Shown: positions 53,455-64,000 of the stretch, piece by piece | Layout of the letters: every line of letters begins with the position of its first letter | How positions within the stretch are numbered: position 1 is the first letter of the stretch | Origin: Octopus vulgaris | Taxonomy: Eukaryota | NCBI GenBank assembly: GCA_951406725.2 | Contig: OX597820.1 | Coordinates: 52,204,001 to 52,268,000 of the forward strand | Direction: 5' to 3' | Length of the DNA stretch: 64,000 nucleotides | Translations under genes and position numbers: made by a program | The notes under the pieces: model-generated | Seen by the model: only the letters and a program-made list of their open reading frames with translations | Databases searched by the model: none | Told to the model about the DNA's origin: nothing

Positions 53455-53625
53455 CGTGCTGAGAGAATCGTTGGCAAGCCGGGCAAAATGCTTAGTAGCA
53501 TTTCTTACGTTCTTATTTCAAATTCTGCCAGGTTTAACTTTGTCTTTCATCATTTGTGGTCGATAAAATAAGTACCAATTGAAAACTGGGATCGAAGTAA
53601 ACAGTATATCGTCTTCCCCAAAACT
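53455..53625 (+). mobile_element. SINE family B, diverged
   Basis: gccgggcaaaatgcttag...ggtcgataaaataagtacca. Confidence 0.7.
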
Positions 53626-55107
53626 GCTGCTCTTCTGATAAATTTGAAACGAATATATATTTATGCACAGTATATCGTAAAGCAAATAACTGCTGTAAGT
53701 TTTAATATTAGATAGAGTTTGCGTGGGCAAAATAAGATTAAGCCTGTTAACACAGTTCATCTATAATATTCCTGTGCGAGGATAATAAAAGTAGCTTCTG
53801 ACGAAGTTTCCCGAACTGTTAACTACTCTATAGCACAAGCATACACACTCAGTAACATTTATGCGATCCATAAAGCAGCCGGAAATTATGCTAGCTAACA
53901 TTAGTGAATAGCATCCTTTTTTCACGGCACTGATATAAAAGGCATATGGTCTAAAAGTCTAATTCCGAACACACTTTCAGGCTTCAGTTTCATACGCCCA
54001 CGAAACAATTTGTAATTATTTACCCGAACAACGCAGAAAATGTCCTTCATTAGCTCAATCTAGTAAACTCACAGGTTATTTCCTTAAATGCTGGAGATCC
54101 TGACGTAAGAAATACTCTATTGCGGAGCATTATACGTAGCAGTCATCAAATAAGAGATAGAATAAGACAAGCAGAAAGAGAAGGACAATACAACCAGAAA
54201 CAATATCAGAGGCCATTTACAGAATGTACCTTGTCCATCTGTTGCCAACTGAAATCTTCAATTTGAGATAATTACTTCAGCTAGAAACGGGAGGTACGAG
54301 TTTTGGTAATTTCTGAGTCAATAATGTAACAAGCGAATGATTTGAACATGTTTGCCAAATAATAAATTTCTTTGAATATGACCGAGAATAGCAAATAAGC
54401 ATAAGTGTAAGGGAAATGATTCGATTGACAAACCAGGTTTGAAATTTATTTGATATAATTCTTCGTTTCTGTTCTCTGCATGTGCTTATGAATTTATGCA
54501 AAGTGCTTGTTGACAATCTTAATGAAGATTTTCTACTTCGTGATGACCTTTGAAAATTGAACAAAAGGGGCCATTAAAGATATACCGTACACACTCGATA
54601 AAAAGTTGATACAAATTGAGAGTTTATAAAGGGTGTTGGTTAAGCCAAATGAAATAGACCCTTTAGCCGAAGTCTATTACAATGATCACCCAAACAGTCT
54701 CAATAAGGAGCAGACATTTATTTCTCAGTCAATCAAAAGAATGCAGTTTGATAGCATTTTGATGCTCCAGTAGCAGCTTTTTAATTTTCTAAGTTCGCAA
54801 AGGTAGCCAAATTACTCATGTTACATCTTCATCGGTTACTGTGGTACTTTATTAAAACGCGGACCAATTAACGGTCCTTTCTTACATCAAGTTTCTCATC
54901 CCAGTTAAATTTAATGTTATTCTATCATATTTCGGTGTAATGCTACTGCTCATCTTCAGCACGATTCTTAAATACTGATGCAGGTCGAATGGCAATTTGG
55001 TATCGCTATCTCTTCAAAGTTTTGAACTGCATGCTGTAACAGGTAATGAAGATAGTGAACTTCAATGTGGTAAATAATTACTTCTTCCAGTAACTCCGAT
55101 GGACAGC

Positions 55108-55205
55108 CTCTGCGTGGCACCTTGGGCATGTGTCTTCTACTATAGTCTCGGGCCGACTAAAGCCTTGTGAGTGGATTTAGTAGAAGGAAATTGTAAGAAG
55201 CTCGT

Positions 55206-55208
<3 letters not shown>
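55108..55208 (+). mobile_element. 5' part of a SINE family A copy split by the LINE
   Basis: ctgcgtggcaccttgggcatgtgtcttctactatag...aagaagctcgtc, then (TA)n. Confidence 0.88.
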
Positions 55209-55258
<50 letters not shown>

Positions 55259-55260
<2 letters not shown>

Positions 55261-55306
55261 GGAGAGTTTACGAAAAAAACAAAAGACGAAGACAGGTGGT
55301 ATACAA
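55259..55306 (-). mobile_element. 3'-end fragment of the hammerhead element family seen at 21483
   Basis: Reverse complement accacctgtcttcgtcttttgtt..taaactctcc matches 21615-21662. Confidence 0.8.
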
Positions 55307-55314
55307 TATATATG

Positions 55315-55367
<53 letters not shown>

Positions 55368-55370
<3 letters not shown>

Positions 55371-56101
55371 AAAATCAACAAGCTGCTTCTAACACCACCA
55401 CCACCACCACCACCACTACTACTACTGCCAAAATAGAAAAACCACTACTACAACCAAATAAAACCCCCTGCCGTTACTATTCTAAAGGCACTTGTAGATT
55501 TGGCCCCAGCGGCACAAACAAAAATGGACGCTGTGCTTTTCCCCACCCGACCTTATGTCGTAGACTTGCTATGGGCACCTGTCCATACGGTATAACAGGA
55601 AAAAATTGCCCCCACCTCCACCCCAAATACTGTCCTAAATACAGAATCTATGGTTCTGACCCTAAATACGGATGCATAAGAGGCAATGAATGCACCTTAT
55701 TCCATCCTAAACTGTGCCAAACTTCTGTCTCACAAAGGATGTGCCTGAACCCAGAATGCAACAACCACCATCTGAAGGGCACAAAACGATCACAGAATAG
55801 ATATGAACAGGAACAGAGGAAATCTAGGACAACAACAAGAACAAAATACAACCACGTTTCCCCTCCTACAATCAAACTACGTAGACAGAACCAGGAAAAA
55901 ACACCAAATAACGCCAACTTGAAATATGTATCCTCTGACCAAGTGGCAAACCAAACAAGTAACTCTTTTTTACTGACATACCTGGAAAATATGAAGGCCG
56001 ACCTAAGCCAGGAGATCCAGCGAGCCATCACCAACCATCTATGCAAATCACAAGGACCACTCACCCATTACCAACTTCCCTTACCTCGACATTCCTGTTA
56101 A
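55368..56101 (+). pseudogene. LINE ORF1 C-terminal part with four tandem CCCH-type zinc fingers
   Basis: [54 protein letters not shown]; the real start is missing and the track's start at 55259 is a microsatellite read-through. Confidence 0.85.
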
Positions 56102-59064
56102 ATGTACGTGGCATCAACCCATCAATTATTGCCCAAAAATGGAAGATCCCATATATAGAGAGTTGGCTTGCCGAAATGGCACATTGCTTCCCTTTCTTTA
56201 TCCTTACCGAGACTCACCTGAACAACACCCATATGGACGCAGAGGTGAAAATAAAAGATTTCACCATTGTTCGTGCGGATCGCACAGACCGAAATAAGGG
56301 AGGGACAGCCATCTTTATCCATGACTCCTTTTCACTTGATGCCAAGGACACATTTTCCAATGGCTACTGTGAATCGGTATCAGTATACAACAAAGCCAAG
56401 GACATAACCATTGTTGGTCTTTACAGGCCTCCCCAGGCACCTCTAAAGTAATTTGAAGAGTGCCTTAGCAAAGTCAAGTCCTTCCTTCGGAAGTACCACT
56501 CCAGAAACATAATAGCGATGGGTGATTTTAACCTCCCTCATGTGAACTGGCCCACAAATACTCCGAAGTTAGGCAAGTGCTCTACATCAGATAGGGCAGC
56601 AGCAGAACTGCTCTTTAATCTGATGGATGTATTTTCCTGACTCAGCTAGTGCTTGAACCAACGAGACAGAATAAAACGATCTTGGATCTGGTACTGACCA
56701 ATCACTCTAGCTACGTTCACAGCATTTCAGTCGAAAAAACTCTCCTCTCAGACCACGACATGGTACTCTGCAATCTTAATTCCCGACGTATAAAAACCAA
56801 ACCAGCCAATCCCACTCCATGACACCCATTTGACAACATAAATTTCCACAAAGCGGACTGGAGAACAATCAGAAAGGATCTGTCTTCCATCGACTGGTCT
56901 TTTACTCTCAATTCCCCTCATATTGAGACCGCGTGGCAGCACTTTGAAACCATTGTCACCGACACATGCTCTAAACACGCTCCCAAGAAATCTACTAACA
57001 CAAACAGAAACCGGCTCCCTAAAAAGAAAAAAAACACTCATCAGGCGCATCAAAAGACTCAACAAAAAAATCAACCAATTAAAATATTCCCACACGCAAC
57101 ATCCACATTCAACAACAATGAAAAGACTAGAGCTGGAAAAACTTCATCTGCAGACTAACATGAAAACCTCCATTGAAAATCAAAGAGCTGTGGAGGAACA
57201 ATGGGTAATCAAAAACATCAAACAGAACCCAAAAGTGTTCTATTCTTATGCAAATAAGCATAGAACCACTGTCTCACCTATTGGGCCATTGATTGATGAA
57301 AACGGCATTCCCCAACACGATGCTAAAGAAATGGCAGAAATACTGCAGAAACAATATTGCTCTGTCTTCAGTGTTCCCACTGATATTGATGTGAGGGAAA
57401 CGAACGAAGCTGACTCCCAACACAAAATCGCAGACATATCCTTCACTGCCACCGACATCGTAGCAGCAATAAATGAGGTCAAACATTACTCCGCTGTAGG
57501 CCCTGATAGATTTCCCGCCAGTCTCCTGAAGGAATGTAGATATCAACTTGCAGTCCCTCTGACCAACCTCTGGAGAAACTCGTTAGACGCAGGTTATATA
57601 CCGAAAAAGTTTCTATCCCAGTCGGTCATCCCGGTTTTCAAACAGGGAAACAGATCCCTCGCAGTCAACTATCGCCCAATCTCACTCACCTCCCACATCA
57701 TTAAAGTGTTTGAAAGAGTGTTAAGATCAAGGATAGCTGACTTCCTGGAGACCCACAAACTTCTAAATTCAAATCAACATGGCTTTCGCTGTGACAGGGA
57801 CTGTCTAACACAGCTCTTACACCACATTGAAGATGTACTCAAAGCCTTGGGAACAGGTTCGAACTCTGACGTCATATACTTTGACTTCAGTAAAGCGTTC
57901 GACAGGGTAGACCATAACATCCTACTCTCAAAATTGCAAATGTTGGAATCCGTGGAAAAGTTCTACACTGGATTCAGTATTTCCTAGCGAATAGAACACA
58001 ACATGTTGTAGTTGATGGAGTCCACTCAAACCCAGCAAAAGTCACCAGCGGTGTTCCCCAGGGAACTGTTTTGGGTCCGCTACTCTTCATAATTTATGTA
58101 AACGACATTTCCAGTGTCGTACATCACTGCAAAGTGAAAATATTCGCTGATGACACTAAGCTCCAGCAAATCGTCAATGAAGAAGCAGACCGAACTCAAC
58201 TCCAGTCTGACCTATATGCTGTGAGTCAATGGGCAGACAGAAACAAAATGCAACTGAATGAGGGAAAATTTGAGCTGATGCATTTTGGAAGAAATTCCTC
58301 ACTAAAACAACCATACTCTCTTCCTTCAGGGGAACCGCTCACAGCCTCTAACAATATCAGAGACCTGGGTGTAATTGTTGATGACGATCTCAGTTGGAGT
58401 GCACACATCAACAAGAAGGTCGATACAGCTCGTAGGATGAGTTCCTGGATCTTAAGAACTTTCCGGTCCAGAGAACAAGGTGTCATCATACCACTTTTTT
58501 CATCCTTTGTACGGCCACACCTTGAATACTGCTGCCCACTGTGGTCTCCTCACACAAGACAAAACATCTCCAGAATTGAGTCACCCCAGAGGGCTCTCAC
58601 TAAACAAATTGAAGGCATGGCTGCTCTCGACTATTGGGATCGCCTTAAAGCCTTGAAACTTTACTCCCTCCAGCGTCGCCGTGAGCGGTACATCATTTGT
58701 ACGATGTGGAAAATATACCGCCAACTTTGCCCAAACGACCTAAACATTAGCTTCAAGGTTCATCCGAGACTTGGACCACGGGCTATACGTCCCCTGCCAA
58801 ATTCAAGATCACAACATACATGTACACTGCAACATAATTTCTTTTCCTCAACAGGCCCTGCCCTATTTAACATTGTCCCGAGGGAGATCAAAGAGGAAAA
58901 GGATCCCATCAACTTCAAACAGAGTCTGGATAGATTCCTTCAAAGAATACCAGACAAGCCACCCATAATTGGATACAACTCACCCAACAAGAACTCACTA
59001 CTTGAACAAAACTGGATACAACTCACCCAACAAGAACTCACTACTTGAACAAAACTTGACTTAA
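56041..59064 (+). pseudogene. LINE ORF2: apurinic-like endonuclease plus reverse transcriptase (disrupted)
   Basis: LLNVRGI, LTETHL, YRPP, MGDFNLP, LDLVLT, SDH; GPD, YRPISL, QHGF, DFSKAFD, GVPQGTVLGPLLF, FADD, VRPHLEYC..LWSP. Stop at 56449-56451; frameshifts near 56630, 56900-57000 and 57935. Confidence 0.95.
58970..59055 (+). repeat. Exact 43-bp tandem duplication at the end of ORF2
   Basis: tggatacaactcacccaacaagaactcactacttgaacaaaac twice (58970-59012 and 59013-59055). Confidence 0.95.
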
Positions 59065-59155
59065 ACAGGATTCGAATAATCCTATCAGGTGGTGCTATTA
59101 AGTTAGACATGGCCTGGACCAATCTCTGGTCGAAACATATCTAAGTTTTATCTAA

Positions 59156-59196
<41 letters not shown>

Positions 59197-59212
59197 GTTT
59201 CTTTGCATATAT

Positions 59213-59392
59213 TTGTGTGTCTGTGTTTATCCCACCGCCATCGTTTGAAAATCGTAACATAGCTGTTCCGCAAAAGAGATCGATTGTATAAGGACTGGGC
59301 TTACAAAGAATAAGTCCTGAGGTCGATTTGTTCGGCTAAAAGCGGTGCTCCAGCATGGCCGCAGTCAAATGACTGAAACTAGTAAAAGAATA
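59213..59392 (+). mobile_element. 3' part of the split SINE family A copy
   Basis: tgtgtctgtgtttatccc...gcggtgctccagcatggccgcagtcaaatgactgaaactagtaaaagaataa. Confidence 0.88.
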
Positions 59393-61046
59393 ACAAATAT
59401 TTTCTGATATTTTGTCAAAAAAATATGTCATAAGGTGATGGTCATAATATTGACATCCATTTGTTGAGTCTATCTAATCCAATGAGTCAGATTATCAGTG
59501 CAAATGTTTATCAATATTTATAAATCTTTCATAATAAATAAAGAACGGCCATTTCATTCTTTCGAGTATCTATCTATTTATCTATTTATCAATCTATTGA
59601 TGTATATATCTATATTTGAAAGGTAAAAATCTCATTAAATTACAAACTAGAGAGCAACTAATAAATTACGTGATAAATTCAATATGGCTAGTAAATGTTA
59701 GGCATCTTTTGGTTAATTCAGGCCAGGTGATTTTATAGGTCTGGAACTGACACAAGTTCTTATTGTTCTTAGCCCCAGGAGGTCGGAGAGGATATTTGTA
59801 GGTAGATGTTGCCGCTACACCTGAGGCTGCAATATGCATTACCAGCGACATCAGTTCGTTTTATGGGATGCTACACTCGCGCTCTACCATGTCTTTATCT
59901 ATGCTGTGTGCAGTAGTTTTCATTTGTCATTGGTTTCATTAATTTTTCTTCTATTTTCATTCCGCATTTCTAAAGAGTTAGACTTAGCCTGAGTTTACTT
60001 TATAACTGACCATTTACTTTTTAAATCCCACTTCTACCTGAAACACGCACGCAGTCAACGATCGATACAGAAACGGTTAAAATTTTTGCACAGCAGAGCA
60101 ATATTCAATTGGTCGAATTCTTAAGTAAACTCTCCTGTTGTGTTTTCTAAACTGACCACTGAGGTTCTAGTATATACCCAAATATTTCCTATAGTACAGG
60201 AATCGATTCTACCTATTCAACTTAGAGACACATTTACAATACCTCTCGCGACGTTCCAAATCTTAAACGCTCTTGTGAGTATTGAACAATTGGAGACCAT
60301 GAATATATGATTTACGTGAACATAAACACGGGTAAAAATTTAAGTGCACAAAGCACTGTGAATATGAATATGTTGTAAATTCTCAATTGTAAAAGGCTAT
60401 CAAACTGAAATGATAATATTACAGAACGTATTCATTGTATAAAGTAGATAAAGTACATAAAATATGATGAAACATACCAAAGATTTAGTACATAATGAAA
60501 AGCTGCGTTAGATTTCGATATCTAAAATTCACATTAATCATACACTAATCTGTGGTATTTACTGTATTATTATATAGCATATGAAGTGAGTATATAATCG
60601 TCGATTTCTGTCATTTCATCTGATAATTGCGAGTTTCTGGGTATATAAATTATTTTAACGTTTATGCTTTCATGTTTATGCGCAAATATTATCCTATACT
60701 GTGCGTCAATGTATGTGATTTTCCTATATGTCGACTTAAGATAGATATTCCTTGAATTGTGTATGTAATATTTGATGTGTAAATTGATGCTTCTGATCAT
60801 GAGAAAACTGTAGTTTTCATGAATCATGCGAGAGGAATATGTGTATGAACGTGGGCGTAGGTACAGTGGTGTGCGTGTGTATTCATGTGTGTGTGAGGGT
60901 GTGCATGTATGCAAGTGTGCGTATATGTGTCTTTGTCTAATATACGTATGTTTAGGCATGTATATATATACGTAAATATACATACACACACACATATATA
61001 TGTAAATGTATATGAATATATATATGTAAATGTATATGAATATATG

Positions 61047-61125
<79 letters not shown>

Positions 61126-61715
61126 TAATATAAATACATCAACCCCGGCATATGCATATATACAGATATGTCTGTGTGTGTGGGAGAACCATCGGTACAA
61201 TAAATAAAACTCTCGTGAATTCATCCTATTTTCAGTTTGAAAACCAAAAGGGCGTAGCGTGTAATAACAGAATACCCACTGTGAATGAAATGATTCATTT
61301 GTAGTATGATCGAATGAACATACATAAGTGCGAAGACAGAATGTTCTTATTCTAAGTCAGTGCTAACATTGTTATGGGTGAGAAATATTTTGTTTATGTA
61401 ACTGTCATAGCGAGAATCATTTTTTTTATTTATATTTTTATGTTTTATCAATAGAGCATGCAATAGTCAGATATTTATGTTTTGAAGGTTTAATGTCAAC
61501 TTTAATGTTTGACTCGATGAGTATATCGGGCAAAAAACTAAAGGAATATTGTCCCTAGACCAGCTAGAAATAATTACCAAATGATCGGTCATTCACAATA
61601 TATTGTGAAACATGCAGGTTACATATAATGTATAAAAATACGCAAAATACGAGGTTATTTGCTGATTATTCTGGGGTTTTTTTTTATTTTATTGCTTAGT
61701 CTTTTTTTTAATCTC

Positions 61716-61890
61716 TTGACTTCGGCAATACTGGGACCACGTTTAGAAGGGTATTAGTCGAATGAATCGACTCCAGTATATTTGTTTTGAATTCTGGTAC
61801 TTACACGATCGGTCTCTTCTACAGAACCGTTGAGTTATACTAGACTAACCATCACCAGGTATTGTTGTCATGCGTTGACAGGAACAAATC
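61716..61890 (-). mobile_element. SINE family A-like tail, diverged
   Basis: aatcgactccagta...ctggtactt...atcggtctctt...gaaccgttgagtta. Confidence 0.55.
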
Positions 61891-62131
61891 CTAACAATGA
61901 CACTACGCAAATGCATTGAAACACATACCCACTCCAACACACATACACATAATCACACACACACGAGCGCACATACACAAATAAAAATATGTAGACAGCT
62001 CAAAATTATGTTAATGTCATACTTTTATCGTTTATTAGTAGTTTTTCTTTCAGGAAATATTCTTAAAAGTTAGTAAAGGACAAATTGAACTTTTTCATTC
62101 TTTCCAATATGAAAATTCATGTTCTACAAAT

Positions 62132-62170
<39 letters not shown>

Positions 62171-62377
62171 TACATATATATATATATATATATACATATA
62201 TACGTTATATACGTATGTGTATATGTGAATGTACGCGTACGTCTGTGTGCGTGCGTTTGTGCGTGTTGCGCTTGTGTTTGCAAGCGCGGGCATGACTGGG
62301 TGGTAAGATTATGGCTGCTTATTCATTTGGTCCTGGATTCTGTCTTACTGAACGGTACCTAGTGTGAGTGTATCTTA

Positions 62378-62725
62378 CTCTTTTACTTGATTCGGTCATT
62401 TGACTGCGGCCATGCTGGAGCACCGCCCCCAGTCGAGTAACTCGAACTCGGGACTTATTCTTTGTAAGCCCAGTACTTATTCTATCGCTCTCTTTTGCCG
62501 AACCGTTAAGTGACGGGGACATAAACACACCAGCATCGGTTGTCAAGCAATTCTAGGGGGACAAACACAGACACATATATATACATATATATATATACGA
62601 CGGGCTTCTTTCATTTTCGTCTACCAAATCCACTCACAAGGCTTGACCAAGGTGCCACGCAGTGGGACTGAACCCGGAACCATGTGGGTGGTAAGCAAGC
62701 TACTTACCACAAAGTCACTCCTGCG

Positions 62726-62728
<3 letters not shown>
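62378..62728 (-). mobile_element. SINE family A with small internal deletions
   Basis: Reverse complement of the 14789 copy. Confidence 0.9.
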
Positions 62729-62767
<39 letters not shown>

Positions 62768-62772
<5 letters not shown>

Positions 62773-63401
62773 AATTCATAAATAAGGGCAAACGAAAACA
62801 TTTCTAATGCCAAATATGCCGAAAAATTGCACATACTGTCCATTAACCATATAATTTTTTCACAATACGCACGCTACTCGAAAAATGGTGGACAGAAATT
62901 TCTAAAAAATTCCATTATTACCATATTGGACCGATTTCAGGGTTTTCTTATGACATCCCTTCGTTCGTTCGTGATACATGTGGCAAAAGAAATAAATCTA
63001 TTTTGGTTGTATTTGGGGTACTTAATTGTGCTCATGACTTAGTATTTGCTTCTTCCATGGGTATGAGTAAGTATCTCATTTATTTCTTTTGCCACATTTA
63101 TCACTGACGAAGGGAGGGCTGTTATAAGCTAACCCTGAAATCGGTCCGATATGGTAATAATGGAATTTTTTAGCAATTTCTGTCCACCTTTTGTCGAGTA
63201 GCGTGCGTATTGTGAAAAAATTATATGGTTAATGGACAATATGTCCAATTTTTCGGCATATTTGGCATTAGACATTTTTTCGTTTGCCCTTATTTATGAA
63301 TTGTTTATAATTTTAACCTTTAAAGGTATTTTTTAATATGCTGGCCATTGATGAAATTTTTTTGGAAAAGAATATTTTTCGAAATACTTTTATCCTACAT
63401 T

Positions 63402-63402
<1 letters not shown>
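62768..63402 (+). mobile_element. TA-flanked fold-back element: 230-bp inverted arms, 80-nt spacer, about 95-bp tail, hammerhead in the arms (PLE pLTR-like)
   Basis: 62768-62997 is the reverse complement of 63078-63307 with scattered substitutions. Confidence 0.88.
63092..63154 (+). ncRNA. Type-I hammerhead ribozyme motif, intact core, GUC site
   Basis: TATCA-CTGACGA-AGGG..GCT(GTTATA)AGC..CCCT-GAAA-TCG-GTC-CGATA; quasi-palindromic ATCGGT stem III; A-C mismatch at the base of stem I. Confidence 0.7.
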
Positions 63403-63452
<50 letters not shown>

Positions 63453-63457
<5 letters not shown>

Positions 63458-63648
63458 GGATATTGTATTGTGTCTGGATAGAATCATTCTCTTTTAATGC
63501 CTTATTACTTAATACATTCACCTGTTGAATCACCTCTCATTTACTTATTTCTAAGTCAGCTAGTAGAAATCGAACCGGTGAGGGTGTTAGGAAATAAGGC
63601 ATTAAAATAGAATGACTCTCCCTAGACACAATACAATATATTTCAATA
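63453..63648. mobile_element. Small diverged fold-back element next to (TA)n
   Basis: atattgtattgtgtctggatagaatcattctcttttaatgccttatt...cacc pairs with ggtg...aataaggcattaaaatagaatgactctccctagacacaatacaatat. Confidence 0.8.
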
Positions 63649-63755
63649 CACGAATTTACAAACCAAATGCAAAAACGAAATATATATATATATACATGTT
63701 GATATATACACAAATGTATACATATGAGTGCGTGTGTATGTGTGTGTGTGTGTGT

Positions 63756-63786
<31 letters not shown>

Positions 63787-64000
63787 GTACCTGTGCTAGT
63801 CTCCAGGCAATACGTTTCGTTGAAGGTATTTCGGCAACTGGTTTTAGTTCCTTTACCTTCGAAATGTTAGCAGTGTGACATAAAGAGTTGGATAGAATGA
63901 ATGCCAGACCTAAAAATACGTACTAGCGCCGAGCTCTTCCAGTAAGCCCTTCACAGTTATCTCTGAGCATGGCCAACAATTTTTTCCAATATATGGAACA

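Larger units (their letters stand above)
55368..59160 (+). mobile_element. 5'-truncated CR1-group non-LTR retrotransposon inserted in (TA)n
   Basis: Partial ORF1, APE-RT ORF2, short 3' UTR with stem-loop and (TATCTAAGTTT)2 tail; TA tracts on both sides. Confidence 0.95.

Noticed and set aside
55259-55367. N-terminus of the 280-aa ORF (MESLRKK...YIYIYI)
   Set aside because: It derives from an inverted repeat fragment plus (TA)n upstream of the truncated LINE and is not part of ORF1.
59105-59140. Hairpin plus GAAAC at the LINE 3' end resembling half a hammerhead
   Set aside because: No CTGANGA upstream and no stem I/III; better explained as the LINE 3' recognition stem-loop.

Overview
AT-rich, microsatellite-saturated eukaryotic intergenic or intronic DNA. 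The SINE families and the (TA)n/(CA)n/(GATA)n density resemble an Octopus genome (inference). No host protein-coding gene is recognisable, and almost all ORFs in the track are microsatellite read-throughs. Real coding relics are all transposons: (i) a 5'-truncated, mildly decayed CR1-group LINE at 55368-59160 with a four-CCCH-finger ORF1 and an APE-RT ORF2, nested in the (TA)n core of a SINE; (ii) a decayed Penelope-like element (PLE, GIY-YIG) at about 755-2161 on the minus strand; (iii) a mariner transposase relic, two Tigger/pogo fragments, RTE fragments, mariner MITEs and a Helitron 3' end. The most striking hidden layer is a set of about eight small elements, mostly bounded by (TA)n and from several families unrelated in sequence, each carrying a minimal type-I hammerhead-ribozyme motif (CTGANGA...stem II...GAAA-palindrome-NUH). 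Several are built as long fold-back inverted repeats, as expected for PLE pLTR derivatives. (TA)n tracts act as a shared landing pad for these elements and for the LINE. Several short templated insertions point to local template-switch repair. All motif calls are by eye and have not been computed.
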